DNA of 64,000 bases from Basidiobolus meristosporus CBS 931.73 (Eukaryota > Fungi > Basidiobolomycota). The stretch is from NCBI GenBank assembly GCA_002104905.1, contig MCFE01000205.1, positions 1 to 64,000 of the forward strand. The letters run 5' to 3'. Of this stretch, positions 49,901 through 64,000 are shown one piece after another. The notes beneath the pieces are model-generated. The model saw nothing but the letters and a program-made list of their open reading frames with translations. It was not told where the DNA came from and made no database searches. Positions within the stretch are counted from its first letter, which is position 1, and each line of letters starts with the position of its first letter. The translations under genes and the position numbers were made by a program.

Positions 49901-50315
49901 TAAGATGAGATCCAGCCCGGCAGGTAATAGCTCATAGGCCTTGTTCTCCTTCTGGATATGAATAGCGTGGGTTCTCCAGGTGATTGATGGTTTATGACAA
50001 AATAGCCAGGTTTTTCCAAGTACAAAGTCAAACTTGCAGTCCCAAATTTATATGCCTTAAGGTCTTCTTCATAGTCATTGATCTTCATCCTTACTGGCTG
50101 AGTAAGATAGCTGATTATGTGACAGTTCCCATCAGCTGTTGAGACTGAAGTTGATATTGTGGGTTCTGAGTTAATTCCAGCCTTCAAAGCAAATTGCACT
50201 GACATGTACACATACAATGCTCCTGAGTCAATCATGATGTTGACAGGTACTCCATCAATTTCTCCATTCAGATAAATAGTTTTCCTGAGTTTGAGGTCAT
50301 CTGGGATAGGTATTG

Positions 50316-53300
50316 TGTTATGATCTGCCGCTTGAATGTTTAAGTTAGATCAGTTTTTAGTCAAATCAATTAGTATATGTTTAGGTTATCAGTATATCAG
50401 TATTATCTATGAAATCAGTAGCATTAGTCAGCAAATGAATCAGCAGATCCTTATCAGACAGAAATAGATATATTAAGTAGGATCTTATTGGGTGATGATG
50501 ATGCAATCAAATGAGTCATCAGCCACAACCTACATTAGGAAATACAATTAGTCAGCAATTGATCTGGCAAAATGTATATAAGGAGCTGCTGGAACCTCAA
50601 TAAAAATCAGTTCAAGTTTTAGTGAATACAATACTAGCTAAACTCCCTATTCCTCTACAACTCTTATACCAAGACTTGTAACATTGGTAGCAGCGATAAC
50701 CAGAAACCTCCCTCCTGAAGAAAAGAAGAAACCACCCTCAAGATGTTGGACAATCAAGAATGGAAGAATGCCATGCAGCAAATCCTGGCCCAACAGCAAC
50801 AGCTACTCCAGATCCTCAGCCAACAGCAACAAGGAATGACTACCATGGCTCAAAGCCAACAAAGCCCTGTCAAGAGCAACTTTAGTGTGAAGGTCAACCG
50901 GTACCATGGCAGAGTCAATGAAAACCTGGGAACTTGGCTCTTTCAGATTGAAGAAGCTTTTAAAGCTAAAGGAATTGCTCCAGAGAGCAAGTTGCATTAT
51001 GCAGCTTCTTACCTGGCAGATGCAGCTTTACAGTGGTACCACAACAAGATCAGGTCAGCTACTATGATGGGATGCTCAACAATCTCTACCTGGGATGAGT
51101 TTGTGTTGGAAATTCAGGATGCTTTTGAACCTCCACACCAGCAGACACTACTAAGAAGGAAGTTAAAGACACTCAGACAGAAAGGAATGGTGCAAGAATA
51201 CATCTATGAGTACAGATGTCTACTTGGACAAATTGAAAGAATGGACCCCTTGGATCAAGTTGAATACTTTATTGATGGGTTGAAAGAAAGAACTCGCAAG
51301 GAAGTCAATTACCGAAGACCTCAGACTATTGAAGAAGCCATCAAGATTGCCATTGACTATGACTCAGCTATGTTTGGAGTTGGGAAGCCTACAGTGACTA
51401 ATCAGAAAGGCTATAATCATTATGAAAGAAGACAATCAGAAGCAGTACCAATGGAAATAGACGCTATGCAGAAGAATCCCTCCTCAGAAGAATGCAAGAA
51501 GAGAGGACTTTGCTTCAATTGCCACCAGCAGGGACATATTGCAAAGTACTGCCCTCAGAGAAGAAATGGACACCAGCCAACAAGAACCTTCTACCATATT
51601 GAGTCCCATGAACACAGTAATGTGGAAGATGAGCTTGAAGAAGACTCGGAACTCACCTTCCATATGACAGAAGAGTACTTGTCCCAAATGACTTCAAACT
51701 CAGGGAAGTTATTGTACTTGAATGGAGTAATCAATGGAGTACCTGCCAAGATCATGATTGACTCAGGAGCATCGCATGAATACATGTCAGAGCAATTTGC
51801 TTTGAAAGCTGGAATCAACTCGGAACCTACCAAATCAACTTCAGTTTCCACAGCTGATGGGAACTCCCACATAATCAACCGTATTACCCAGCCAGTAAGA
51901 ATGAAGATCAATGACTATGAAGAAGACCTACAGGCTTATATATTTGGGAACTGCAAGTTTGACCTTGTACTTGGAAAAACCTGGCTATTTTGTCGTAATC
52001 CATCAATCAACTGGAGAACCCATGCTACTCAGATTCAAAAAGACAACAAGACCTATGAGCTATTACCTGCCATGCTGGATTTCAACTTGGTCAATTCCAG
52101 TGTGTGTGAGACAAGTGAACTTAGCAAGACCCAGTTCTGTAGAGCACTTAGAAAAGGTACCGAGATGTTCCTCATGGCGGTATTACAGGAGGATTCCTCT
52201 ACCCCAGCACCCCAGCAGGTCCAGACTCTCTTGAAGAAATATTTAGACGTGTTTCCAGATGAGCTTGTAAGCCTACCACCAGTCAGAGACGTGGATCATG
52301 CCATTGACACAGGAGATAGCCCTCCAGTGAGCAAGACACCTTACAGAATGAGTCCATTAGAATTGGAGGAAATGAAGAGACAAATTGATCAGCTATTGGA
52401 GCAAGGATACATTAGGCCCAGCAAGTCACCCTGGGGAGCACCAGTGCTTTTTGTGAAAAAGAAGGATGGAACACTTAGGATGTGCATTGACTACAGAGCC
52501 CTGAACTCAGTTACTGTCAAGAATAAGTACCCCATACCTCGGATTGATGAGCTTTTAGACCAACTTAATGGAGCCACTATTTTCAGCAAGATTGACCTCA
52601 TGTCAGGATACAACCAGATTAGGGTGAAACCAGAAGATATCCCTAAGACAGCATTCAGGACCAGATATGGACATTACGAGTATTTAGTCATGAGTTTTGG
52701 CCTCACTAATGCCCCTGCAACATTCATGACGCTGATGCAGACTGTCTTTCAGGAGTACTTAGACAAGTTTGTGATAATCTACCTGGATGACATATTGATA
52801 TACAGCAAGACAGAAAAGGATCACATGGTACACATTGAAAAGGTGTTGAAGAAACTAAGAGAGAACAAGCTATATGGCAAGCTAGCCAAGTGTGAATTCT
52901 TCAAGGAACACGTAGAATATCTGGGACACATAGTGACTAGCACAGGAGTAACCTTAGACCCCAAGAAGGTGGAAGTAATCAAGAATTTGAAGCAGCCCCA
53001 TAGCATATCAGAACTCAGATCCTTCCTTGGAATGGTTTCCTATTATCGGAGATTTGTCAAGTCATTTGCAAGTATTGCAGCCCCTTTAACTGATATCCTC
53101 AAGAAAGACAATACCTACAAGTGGGACATAGCTTGTGAGACTGCCTTCCAGACGCTAAAGAATGAACTTGCTAAGTTGCCAAGCTTAAGAATACCAGACT
53201 TCAGAAAAGAGTTCACTCTATGCACAGATGCTTCAGATTACGCAATTGGTGGAGTGCTGAGCCAAGAACACGAGGGAAAGGACTACCCTGTTGCCTTTGA

Positions 53301-55254
53301 ATCCAAGAAACTGAACTCAGCAGAACAAAACTATCCAGTCCATGAGAAGGAGATGCTTGCTATAATACACTGTTTGAAGACATGGAGATGCTATATTGAA
53401 GGAGTCAAATGCACTGTGAAGACTGATCATGCCTCCCTCAAGTATATATTTACTCAGAAGGTACTCTCTAGAAGAATGACAAGATGGAGTGAATACATTC
53501 AGCAATTTGACCTGGAGATTGTCTACTGCCCTGGAAAAAACAACACGGTTGCTGATGCCTTATCAAGATTAGATCAAGTTGCACAACTCAACTTGGTGCA
53601 TGAATCAGATTGGCCTAACCTATTACCAAAGTACTTGGAGGACCAAGCCATTCCTAATGAGGTGGATGAAGATATCAAGAAGATAATCCGGGATGAAGCC
53701 AGCAAATTTGTTGTACAGGATGAAACACTCTGCCGAATTGTTGATGGAAGCCCTATTGCCTATTGTCCTTATGTTGCTCGCCTGGATTTAATACATAAGC
53801 TACACAATGGATATGGACATCTTGGGATTGAAGGAACCTATAGCCTTGTGAAAGCCAGAGCATGGTGGCCCAGAATGAAACAAGATATTGAGAAGCTAGT
53901 GAAAACATGCCCAAACTGCCAAATCAATCAGGGCCAGCCACAAAGAATTGCCGAACTCTTCCCTTTGGAGCCTGTCAGACCATTTGAGAGATGGGGAATT
54001 GACTTTATTGGAAGACTGCCAACTACCAGGAAATGTAACCGTTGGATCCTAGTAGCTATTGACCATGCCACTAAATGGCCAGTTGCTAAAGCCGTACCAA
54101 TAGCCAGTGAACAAGAAGTTGCAAGTTTCATTTACCATGAGATCCTGATGAAGTTTGGATGCCCTGTGGAGATCTTATCCGATAGAGGTGCAAACTTTAT
54201 GGCAAAGACATTAGAGGCTTACCTGGAAATGCAGCAGATCAGACACTTGAAAACCTCGGCATATCACCCCAGAACTAATGGAGTCACTGAGCGGTTTAAT
54301 GGATTATTTGGAAAAATGCTGACTAAGTATGCAAATGGAGTTGTCAGTAGATGGGATGAGTATATAGACCAAGCACTCTTTGCATGCAGAGTCAGAGTAC
54401 ACAACACCACCCAGCAATCACCATTTTACTTAGTTTATGGATGTGAACCTAGGATTCCAGGAGATCTCACACAACCCAAGCTTACAGATGCCTTAGAAGA
54501 TGAACTTAGTCAGCCAAGTAGACACCAGCAACTGGAACAAAGACGTCAAGAGGCACAGACCAAAGTATCTCAAAGTGCAGAAAAGATGAAGCAGAGATTT
54601 GATAAGACTATAGCACCAGAAGCATTGACAGTTGGGAACTTTGTATTGCTAAGAAACAACACTCGGAAGAAGTTTGAGCCACAATGGACAGGACCATTCA
54701 AGATCATCAGAGAATGTCCATTTGCAACTTACCAACTGGTGGACAAGCAAGGTAATATCCGGGAAGACTTAGTGCATAGGGACAGACTCAAGCTTGCAAG
54801 ACTTGCTGATAATACTGAACCATCAAGATATTGGTATCACAAGAAAAGAGATTCAGGAGAACCCTCTCAACTTTAGTAGGGGAGAATGTTATGATCCGCC
54901 GCTTGAATGTTTAAGTTAGATCAGTTTTTAGTCAAATCAATTAGTATATGTTTAGGTTATCAGTATATCAGTATTATCTATGAAATCAGTAGCATTAGTC
55001 AGCAAATGAATCAGCAGATCCTTATCAGACAGAAATAGATATATTAAGTAGGATCTTATTGGGTGATGATGATGCAATCAAATGAGTCATCAGCCACAAC
55101 CTACATTAGGAAATACAATTAGTCAGCAATTGATCTGGCAAAATGTATATAAGGAGCTGCTGGAACCTCAATAAAAATCAGTTCAAGTTTTAGTGAATAC
55201 AATACTAGCTAAACTCCCTATTCCTCTACAACTCTTATACCAAGACTTGTAACA
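50316..55254 (+). mobile_element. Intact, young Ty3/gypsy LTR retrotransposon
   Basis: 368-bp LTRs 50316-50683 and 54887-55254 (one C/T difference seen); 4-bp TSD ATTG; PBS TGGTAGCAGCG (initiator tRNA-Met type); PPT AGTAGGGGAGAA. Confidence 0.97.
50743..54876 (+). CDS. Single-ORF Gag-Pol polyprotein, 1377 aa (Gag, CCHC, PR, RT, RNase H, IN; no chromodomain evident)
   Basis: [14 protein letters not shown]; MIDSGAS; [26 protein letters not shown]; YLDD; [12 protein letters not shown]; H..H..C..C; WGIDFIG, SDRG and [13 protein letters not shown]. Confidence 0.97.
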   Translation: MLDNQEWKNAMQQILAQQQQLLQILSQQQQGMTTMAQSQQSPVKSNFSVKVNRYHGRVNENLGTWLFQIEEAFKAKGIAPESKLHYAASYLADAALQWYHNKIRSATMMGCSTISTWDEFVLEIQDAFEPPHQQTLLRRKLKTLRQKGMVQEYIYEYRCLLGQIERMDPLDQVEYFIDGLKERTRKEVNYRRPQTIEEAIKIAIDYDSAMFGVGKPTVTNQKGYNHYERRQSEAVPMEIDAMQKNPSSEECKKRGLCFNCHQQGHIAKYCPQRRNGHQPTRTFYHIESHEHSNVEDELEEDSELTFHMTEEYLSQMTSNSGKLLYLNGVINGVPAKIMIDSGASHEYMSEQFALKAGINSEPTKSTSVSTADGNSHIINRITQPVRMKINDYEEDLQAYIFGNCKFDLVLGKTWLFCRNPSINWRTHATQIQKDNKTYELLPAMLDFNLVNSSVCETSELSKTQFCRALRKGTEMFLMAVLQEDSSTPAPQQVQTLLKKYLDVFPDELVSLPPVRDVDHAIDTGDSPPVSKTPYRMSPLELEEMKRQIDQLLEQGYIRPSKSPWGAPVLFVKKKDGTLRMCIDYRALNSVTVKNKYPIPRIDELLDQLNGATIFSKIDLMSGYNQIRVKPEDIPKTAFRTRYGHYEYLVMSFGLTNAPATFMTLMQTVFQEYLDKFVIIYLDDILIYSKTEKDHMVHIEKVLKKLRENKLYGKLAKCEFFKEHVEYLGHIVTSTGVTLDPKKVEVIKNLKQPHSISELRSFLGMVSYYRRFVKSFASIAAPLTDILKKDNTYKWDIACETAFQTLKNELAKLPSLRIPDFRKEFTLCTDASDYAIGGVLSQEHEGKDYPVAFESKKLNSAEQNYPVHEKEMLAIIHCLKTWRCYIEGVKCTVKTDHASLKYIFTQKVLSRRMTRWSEYIQQFDLEIVYCPGKNNTVADALSRLDQVAQLNLVHESDWPNLLPKYLEDQAIPNEVDEDIKKIIRDEASKFVVQDETLCRIVDGSPIAYCPYVARLDLIHKLHNGYGHLGIEGTYSLVKARAWWPRMKQDIEKLVKTCPNCQINQGQPQRIAELFPLEPVRPFERWGIDFIGRLPTTRKCNRWILVAIDHATKWPVAKAVPIASEQEVASFIYHEILMKFGCPVEILSDRGANFMAKTLEAYLEMQQIRHLKTSAYHPRTNGVTERFNGLFGKMLTKYANGVVSRWDEYIDQALFACRVRVHNTTQQSPFYLVYGCEPRIPGDLTQPKLTDALEDELSQPSRHQQLEQRRQEAQTKVSQSAEKMKQRFDKTIAPEALTVGNFVLLRNNTRKKFEPQWTGPFKIIRECPFATYQLVDKQGNIREDLVHRDRLKLARLADNTEPSRYWYHKKRDSGEPSQL

Positions 55255-57749
55255 ATTGTTTGTCATGTGCAAAGTGAGTTCTGAGTCTTCTCAAAGTTCA
55301 GCCTCCATGTTACTATGCTAAAAAGCTTCAACATGATTGAAGGTTCCTGATGGCTGGTGTACATTTCTTCTTTGACGGCAGCACTTTGCAATATGTCCCA
55401 GATGGTGTGGGGGTTCAGAAGTTTCCTGAACTTCCAGCACATATTCATTCCAGGTAGAGATTGTAGAATGTCCCATCACGGTGGCTACCCTTATCTTATT
55501 GTGGTACTACCATAAAGCTGCTTCTGCCATTCAAGAGGCTGTATAATGTAACTTGCTCTCTGGAACAAATTACTTGGCCTTGAAAGCTTTTTCAATATGG
55601 AAGAGCCAAGTTCCCAGGTTTTCTTTGACTCTACCATAGTATCAGTTGACCCTCACACTAATGTTGCTCTTGACAGGGTTTTGCTGGCTTTGGGCCATGA
55701 TCATCATTCCTTGTTGCTGCTGGCCAAGGATCTGGAGTAGCTGTTGCTGCAGGGCCTGGATTTGCTGCATAACATTCTTCCATTCCTGATTCTCTGACAT
55801 CTTGAGGCAGGCTTCTTCTTTCTTCAGAAGGGAGGTTTCTGATTATTGCTGCTACCAATATTACAAATCTTGACATAAAAGTTGTAGAGGAATAGGTAGC
55901 TTAGCCAGTGTTGTATTCACTGATTCTTGAACTGATTTTTATTGAGGTTCCAGCAGCTCCTTATATGCATTTTGCCAGATCAATTGCTGACTAATTATCT
56001 TTCATAATGCAGGTTGTGGCTCACCCAGTAAGATCCTACTTATATATCTATTTCTGTTGGATAAGGAACTGGTGATTATTTGCTGACTTATACTACCAAT
56101 TTGATTGGCAACACTAATATACTGATAGGTTAAACATAAAACTGATTGATTTGACTCCAAACTGATTTAACTTGAACATTCAAGCAGAAGATCATAAGAA
56201 CAGAATTAGAAAAGCCCTTAGATCCAGGTGGCAGATATCTGAGAATCATGACAAAGCTTATCTTGCCTTGAGTACCAAACTTCAGAATCAGAATTGGGTA
56301 ATGCAAAGAACAGATGCTATTATATGGCTATAAGCCATGCAGGAGGAGTGTCAACCACTGATTCAGGCAAAAACATCAGAACTGGTTGATTTACCAAATG
56401 GGAGAAAGCCAACAGGCTGTAGAAGGGGCTACAAGATCAAGAAAATCTCAGGTTGTACCCTTGATAAGTATAAGGTTTGATTGGCGGCTAAATGCTACTC
56501 ACAGATCTGGGGACTTGACTTTAAGAAAACATTTGCTCTGGTTGCCAAGTTTGACACCATTAGGACAATTCTAGCCCGGGCAGCTGCACACAGTTTACAT
56601 CTACACCAAATGGAAGTCAAAACAGGCTTTCTAAATAGGTATTTGCCAGATACTCTATAAATTCAACAACCAGATGGTTTACCAAACTCCAAGGTCCCCA
56701 TAAGGTATGCAGACCTAGGAAATTGTTGTATGGGCTTAAGCAGGCACCAAGAGCATTGTAAATCAAGATTGACACATAACTTATATGGATTCTACATGTC
56801 TAGATATTGCCATGGCAGTCGGAGTATTTAGTCAATTCATGCATAATAGTGGATCAGATAAGATTACAGCAGTTAATTGAATTTTCTGATATAAACAAGC
56901 TGCAATAAAGATGGTGCTGGAACACTCTGGAGCAACTAATAGGCAGGATTTGATGGTTATAGTGGTTCAGATTGGGGCAGGGATCTGATTGACAGATGCT
57001 CTACCACTGGGTATGTATTTCTTTATGCTGGTGCAGCTATAACTTGGATTTGTAGGAAACAACCACTGTGGCCCTATCTACAACTAAAGCTGAGTATATG
57101 GATGCTTGTTAAGCACCTAAGGGGGCTATAAGAATAGATAAGTTATTTAAGAACTTAGGCTTTGATTCAGTTAATGGAACACGTATTTACAAGGATAATC
57201 AAAGTTGTATATTGTTAGCTAGAAATCATACTAATCATGCCAGAAATAAGCACATTTATACACCACACCCCTTTGAGAGAGAATCTTTAGACAATAACCT
57301 AGTAGAGTTGGTTTACTGCCCAACTAACAAAATAAAGCCATATGTATTGACAAAGCACTAGCTAGGCCTCAATTTGAGAATCTCAGACAGGAATTTGGAT
57401 TAAGAAATTATTTAGTTGAGGGGGAGTGTTGAAATACTGGACTATTTGGTAGTATTCAGCAGCTAAAAATTACTTAACAATTCTGGACTAGTCTTGGTCA
57501 CTGTAGGACCAATTTACAGCCCCAACTGTGCCACTTTCTTCAGATCAATGGTCTTATGATTCTCCCTTATTGTCAAGATGAAATTAGCACTTTTACCAAA
57601 TATTATGAACCAACCCTGAAACTGTTACCAAATGCTTCTGATTGCTGAGAAACCTTCCTCACTTTACATCACAGCTTCATTACTTCCACAAAGGTATAAT
57701 ACTGAGCTTCTTTATGAATGAACAACTGTTTACTGCAAGGTGTTCAACT

Positions 57750-59330
57750 TGTCTGGAACTCACTAACATGGGGGAAAACATGGTTCACACTCCGGATATA
57801 TTCTTGTAGCACCCTGTATAAAGAAGCTCATCCAGCCTGACAGATATTGTGAAGCTATATAATAGACCTGTTCTGTTGGATAGTGCCACATTGAGCCATG
57901 AGTGCCAAATGATGCCATAGTGTGCTAGGGAGGCCAAGTGAGCCTATACTTGGCCACAGAGTGTGAAGAATAGCTCTGCATCTTTATGCAAAGCAGCATC
58001 TGTTTCACCCATTGTGTGGGAGAAAATCCATTTTTTGACTTTTTTTTTAGGTCAATGTTGTGAAGGATGTGTAAGAGCACAAAAGGATTGAAGATATTCA
58101 TCTTATACGCAATACCCATGGCACTCTGCATCTAGCTCCTGTGGCTTCTAACATGTCACAAAAATGCATGGCACTATCTTGGTCCACTGGTACTATCTGG
58201 CACTATAAATGCTCTGTATAGATCTTACTTTAGTGCTAATTATTAAATATAGTGACAGATAGTACCAGTGGACCAAGATAGTGTCATGCATTTTTGTGCC
58301 ATGTTACAAGCCACAGCAGCTAGATTCAGAGTGCCATGAGTGTTGGGGACCTGATGCATGTCTTCAGCTCTTCTATGCTCTCACATATCCTGAACAACAT
58401 TGATCCACAAAAAAACGTCAAAAAATGGATTTTCTCCTGCATCATGGGTTAAACACAGGGGCTGCTTTGCATGAAGATGCAGAGCTATGTTTCACACCCT
58501 GTGGCCAAGTATAGGCTTACTTGGCCTCTCTGGCACACTAGGGCATCATTTGGCACTCATGGCCCAATGTGGCACTATCCAATGGAACAAGTCTAATACT
58601 GCACTCAGTATCAATCAAGTATTATGGCAAACATTACAAGCAGCTCATAAGCAAGGGCTACTCTGAATGTATGCATGATCAAGCCTCTGCCTTGGCACTT
58701 GATGGATTCTCATTAAGCTAGTACTTTATCAGCAAGTCCATCTGGCCACTGATTCTCATTAAGCTGAATCTGTCACCTATCCTACTGTATCAGAGCCAGA
58801 ATCTGTTGGTAGTTTTACTGGTATCCAGGCCCTATATCACCATCCAACCTGGATGGCTACCTGTTTCAATTGCTGGATGGATGCTGTATACTTTCCAGCA
58901 GGATAACAGTAAGTGGGTGTCATGTAAAAGCACATATTATTATCTGCACTGGAGATACCCCAGCCATCAGCAAAATAGCCTACTTTTCTGGGCATAATGG
59001 ATAGTATTGCTATCAAATGTGCAAGAGCCAGGGGATTTACTCAATACTCATATATATTGTTATTACCCAGACACCAACACTAAGAACTTCATCATTCCAC
59101 AGAAAGAATGTGCCAAAGTTGGCATGCAATTGCAGCAAAGTTGCAAGCTATAAGCTATTGGCCAGAATACAGAATTAGTTGGAAACCAGATATACTTAAG
59201 TTAGAGGGTATCTGCTGGAACAAAAGCTTTCCACTAGGAGAAATGCATTTGCTTTTAAGCAATATCCCCATAGTCTTGAAGTAACATACATGTTGCATAT
59301 GTTAAGGAAGGTACCATGTGCTCTATACCT
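57750..59330 (+). mobile_element. Decayed CACTA/EnSpm-like transposase, interrupted by MITE copy 3
   Basis: ALALDGFS...SIWPLILI.LNL motif; collinear with 63300-64000. Confidence 0.68.
57864..58594. mobile_element. Palindromic MITE, copy 3
   Basis: AGACCTGTTC...GAACAAGTCT; TSD AAT; an empty-site homologue exists at ~63361-63380 (GCTATAA-AAT-ACTGCACTCAG). Confidence 0.88.
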
Positions 59331-59629
59331 GGAATATTGGAGATAATCTTTTGTATAAGTCCCAACAAGAAGTTTTGTCAGTATTTTCTAAGATTTGTAG
59401 GTAATGATGAGAGTGACAAAGTTAGGTGAAAGCATAGGAGGGATTGCAAATTTTACAATGGGTTGTCTATTTATACCAAGAAGATAGTAAGTTATATCCC
59501 TGAATACTAATAGGGTTAGTTCACCCTAGGAAACAATGCTGACCGCCAACTGACCTTAGCAACACTACTTGTGCAGATATCTCAAAAAAGGTATCTTTAT
59601 TATACTTATTATTTTCCAAGTTTGTTGTT

Positions 59630-60003
59630 GTATAGGTATCAATTAATGCTTAAGTATTTAAGAAAGATTAGTTTTTAGGTAAATCATATAGTTTTATATG
59701 TAGGCTATCAGTATACCAGAGTTATCTAGCAAATCAGTAGTATTAGTCAACAAATGAATCAGCAGATGTTTATTAGACAGATATATATTTATCAAGTAGG
59801 ATCCAATTGGGTGATCATGATGCAATCAAATGAGTCATCAGCACCAACCTAAATTGGGAAATGCAAATAGTCTGCAATTGATCTGGCAAAAGTGTATATA
59901 AGGAGCCGCTGGAACCTTGATACAAATCCATTCAAGTGTTAGTGAATACAATACTTACTAAACTCTCTACTCATGTACAACTCTTAGATCAAGACTTGTA
60001 ACA
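59630..60003 (+). mobile_element. Diverged solo LTR of the intact gypsy family
   Basis: Collinear with the 368-bp LTR, ending AAGACTTGTAACA; left boundary approximate. Confidence 0.8.
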
Positions 60004-60009
60004 GTATAG

Positions 60010-61210
60010 CCCTATGAGAAATAGTTTTAACGCAGATGTCAAAAGATTATCACAATATTTAAGTCCTGTGACTAGGGGGATTGATCCCCTCAGGACACCA
60101 TACAAAGACCACTGAAAAATAATTGCACCCAGAGTTCACAAAAAGCTTGGTCAAAATTTATCATCACAACACTATATAAGTGGCTCTTGATTGATCCTCT
60201 ATGAATTATCTCACTTTCTGATCCCAAAAACACCGTCATCTCCTACATACATGTTCATTGATTGGCTATTGCCTATTTTTCACACTACTTGTTTCCTGAC
60301 TCAATCAAGTCCTTATACTCAACACCAACATCAAGCCCAACCTCACACCTAACAAGTACATCCATTTTAATCCAGCATTAAATAAGTATCTATGCTGTAA
60401 CACACCTTTTCCATGATTTTGGCAGGAACCCTGTGGGTGTATGCTACTGTTCATTCACCGGTTCTTATATGCCTTGGTCTTCAACCAGCACTGCGAGGTC
60501 TACCTTCTCATCTGTCTGCCATTTCAATAAATTCTTGCAATACTTAAGTGCAAATAACTGAGCACTGCTCTTGAAGATGTACTGCATCATCTTGGTGTTC
60601 CTATTAATGTTCCAAATTTTTGCTATAGGCATAGTGATAGACATTTGGGCTCTAGGCATCCTTACAAAAGTTATTCTAATGATCCCATCAAAAGGCCATC
60701 ACAAATTTAAAGTCCCTTGACTAAGAGGTACTGATCCTGTCAGGGCCTTGTCCAGAGACTGTTCCAAATAATTGCACCCCATATTTCACAAAAAACTTGG
60801 TCAAAATTTTTCATCACAGCAATATACATGTGGCTTGTGATTAGTACCCTGCTACTTTGCTCAATTTCTGATCCTAGACACTCTACCACCTCCTATATTT
60901 GTGTTCATTGATTGGCAATTGCCTCTTTTTCTCACTCCTTACTTCCTGACTCAACTGTTTCTCTTACTTTTCATAAATACAAGGTGCTTTATTTCTGTAG
61001 AAACTTCAGTGGTACCTCAATTGCAAATCTTATTGAACTATACAAGTCCCTAAGCCCTACACTAAAAGTAAGCCCAACCCCATACCCAACCAGTTACTCA
61101 ATTAAAATCCACCACTCAATAATTATTTCTGCTGTAACACTCTGGTTTCACAACTTTTGTGGGAAACCAAGGGCTTTATGGCACTGTTCATTCACTGGTT
61201 TCCACACATT
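60010..61210 (-). mobile_element. Two decayed CACTA-like C-terminal fragments
   Basis: 60100-60300 and 60770-60950 resemble each other and 26250-26430. Confidence 0.55.
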
Positions 61211-62549
61211 GTATTATGAATAGACACAAGGCAGGAGAGCAGGGCTAGGCAAGGCAGGACCAGGAAAGGACCTAGGTGTGGATCAAAAAGGCAAGGCATG
61301 CTTCCAAGGCAAGACAGATTTCCAAGGCAAGGCTGTTTATTCAAGACCTGTGTTTATCAGACTGAGGAATACATAAGGGGGGATAGGACTATATATACTT
61401 TTTGGCTATACTGATGCCAAGAGATATTGGCTAATACTAATGGGGTTGTGGGGTGAGGCACAGCAATGGTGCTGGGGATAATGACATAGATGACATGAAT
61501 GCCAAGAGATATTGGCCAACACTGATGGGGTTCTGGGGCCAGAGACAGTAAGTGTGCCAAGATAGAAGTATACTAAAGAACAAGCTAGAATACCACATGG
61601 GAATATGTCAGGGGTCAGTTGGTCATGTGACCAGGTCATATGGTATGTATATACCATATTGGGTTTGCCCATTTGGATCCAGGATAATGCTGATGGAACA
61701 AGTCAAGTGCATTCTGCTTGGCCTTGAGTTCCTGATGGTCCCATGGTATGCTGGCCTTAAGGTGATGGCCTCTTGAATATTAGCCCCCTCTTCATTATCG
61801 CACTTGACAGCTTCATGGATCTTCAATATCTTGTGATTTTAAGGCATTAGTATAAACACCACATTGCCTCCCACCCAAGCTGTGATAGGTTTTTGTGTGG
61901 GCTTTGTCTATTACACTGTTGTTGTGCCTCAATGACTGCATGGTGTACCTCTGCTGTTACATTGGGACATGGCTAAATTCTTGGCTGTCATATTGAGCTA
62001 GCTGAACTCATTCTTTGCAGTAAAGATACTGCTTTCTCTACGTGGTGTATTGATTGCTTTAAACCATTTATGTGCTCATCCCGTTTCTGGAATATTTCCT
62101 GATTTCCCCAGGCCATTGCATCTATACTTTCAGCCACTGCACCTAATTGCCTCATTTATGCTGAAATATGAGCTAACAAAATACTTGCTAATACAGGTGA
62201 AGGTGATGTAATGATGGCCACCTGCTGGTCTTCACTGATGGTGCACTTTGCTACCTTCTCATCTGCTTCAGCATTATGGCCAGCTTGCAGCTCCACAGAG
62301 ATTCCTAATTGCCTACTTAACTGAGAGCCTGAGGAGTCTGCATTTTTATCTTAAGCTGGCACACTGTCCACAGGGCCTTTGTTTGTTGTATCCATACATG
62401 TTGCATTGAATCTTAAAGCAAGCTATTGTCCAACTCTTCTTCTGCCACTATCAGCAGTGTAGTGCAATTGGGATCCTGACAACTTTGCACTATTTTTGGG
62501 GTCATATATATGGAAGTGAGCCATATCAGACAGGAAATAGTGCTATATA

Positions 62550-64000
62550 TACATGGGCATGTGGTGCCACAACTATATTTATACTGCTTCAATGGCAGGC
62601 CACTATTGAATCTTACACTCATGAATGTGCAATGTGTCAAATATAAGACTGTCTTAAATATACATGGGTACTAACAAAAAATGATATAATAGTGTTATGT
62701 TATTGAGTGTTAGACTGCTTGCCCTATGGACAAGACTACTTTGATTCAAAGCCATAAGAACTTGTCACCATATTGTGCAAACTGAGTCAGGTCAGTCTGT
62801 GACACCTTTCGGCTCACCCTAGTGTTCTGAATATGGCATGCAGAGTGATAGCTCTTATAAAGCAGGCTCACTAATGGACTGTGATCCTAACTTACCTAAC
62901 AGCAGTACCCTGCACAAGCCCAGCAAGATCCAATATGCAATGATATAACACCCATGGAAAAAATGCCAAGTGTACTTTATGGAGTCAAGGGAGCCCAGTA
63001 GTCATATGCTCATGAATGATATGATGTAGTGGCTAGAGAAGTGGAGAGCTTCTACTAATTTCAGTAATTTGAGCGTTGAGTATTTGCAACTACTTCTTGC
63101 CAAAATCATTCCAGGATGCAACTCACCATGTTCACACTGTAAATGGACAATTGACATGCAGCTGGCAATATATGACCCAGAGGCCATCCTGATACCAGCA
63201 TGTGTGAACAGTTGCATGGCATCACATCAGAAAATGTCACCATTACAAGGTGTCCAACCTGTCAGGAATTCACCACCATTAGTGAAAACATCATTCTCAC
63301 TCAGAATATATTCCAGTAGTATCCATCTCAAGAAGCTTATGCAGGCCATCATACATTTTGAAGCTATAAAATACTGCACTCAGTATTGATTAAGCGCAAA
63401 TATATCCAATATACTTAATTGCAAGTATTACAAACAGCTCAGAAGCAAGAGCCACTTTGAAGGTATTTATGACCATGCCTTTGCCTTGGCACTTGATTGC
63501 TTCACATCAAGCATGTGCACTACCAGCAAATCCTGCTGCCCACTGATTCTTGTTAATCTGATTATGCTGCCTATCTTACAGTATCTGAGCAGAAATTTGA
63601 TAGTAGTCTCATTGGTGGCTGGGCCTAAATCAGCATCCTACTTGTATAGCTACCTGTATCCATTGCTAGATAAATTTTGTATGCTTTCCAGCAGAATAAC
63701 AGTAAATGGCTGTCACGTCAAGGTGCATATTGTTGTCTGCATTGGCAATACCCCAGCCATCAGCAAGATAGCTGGCTTTTCTGCACATAATAGAGAGTAT
63801 TGCTGCCAATTGTGTGGGAGCCAGGGGACTTACACCACAGCTCACACACATTATTAATGTCCAATCACCAATGCTAAAAAGATGATCTTTCTGCAGAGAG
63901 AATGCACAAAAGTTAGCATGCAATTGCAGCAAGGTTGCAAGCTATAAGCCATTGGCTGGACTATGGTATTAATTGAAAGCTGGAGATACTTTGGATAGAG
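62550..64000 (+). mobile_element. Decayed CACTA/EnSpm-like transposase (runs off the window)
   Basis: CVNSC.A...CPTC motif; ALDCF...CCPLILVNL...LVAGPK...YLYPLLD...CIGNTPAISKIAGFSAHN...CQLC, Tnp2-like. Confidence 0.75.

Larger units (their letters stand above)
46764..56199 (-). mobile_element. Older decayed gypsy copy (same family), split by the intact element
   Basis: 5' LTR ~55859-56199, PBS-like TGGTAGCAGCA, gag 55260-55850, PR-RT-RH-IN 50310-47120, 3' LTR ~46764-47112; coding sequence is collinear across the 50316-55254 insertion. Confidence 0.87.
44005..57730 (+). mobile_element. Decayed Ty1/copia element (second family) hosting nested gypsy copies
   Basis: 5' LTR 44005-44647, then GGTCATGAGCCC; gag (ILCLLYSLPDKYESL..LTLDYVKERLIHDEL); PR and IN relics to ~46760; RT-RH relics 56200-57420; purine tract and 3' LTR from 57427 (truncated). 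Confidence 0.82.

Noticed and set aside
61220-61700. AAGGCAAG and GCCAAGAGATATTGG repeats
   Set aside because: Look like decayed LTR sequence with internal tandem repeats; ends could not be defined

Overview
Eukaryotic (fungal) genomic DNA, probably from an early-diverging lineage (inference from short GT-AG introns with CTAAC/CTGAC branch points and from the gene set). It has two sharply different compartments. (1) Positions 1 to ~14,100 are gene-dense with normal CpG content and carry six spliced genes: RNA polymerase I/III subunit AC19 (-), eIF3e (-), RPL6 (+), an EngB/YihA-family GTPase (-), a Gti1/Pac2 (WOPR) transcription factor (+) and a PARN-like CAF1-family deadenylase (-). (2) Positions ~14,150 to 64,000 contain no recognisable host gene and form an AT-richer, strongly CpG-depleted nest of transposons: Ty1/copia and Ty3/gypsy LTR elements (mostly decayed, one intact), solo LTRs, CACTA/EnSpm-like transposase relics and three copies of a ~730-bp almost fully palindromic MITE with 3-bp ATT/AAT target duplications. 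The most unusual element is a young 3.6-kb LTR element (LTRs that read as identical, tRNA-Lys PBS, PPT, 4-bp TSD). It encodes only an intact Gag-zinc knuckle-protease ORF that is almost CpG-free and has no RT, RNase H or integrase. A decayed relative with PR-RT-RH-IN and a related solo LTR lie nearby. All alignments and counts were made by eye.
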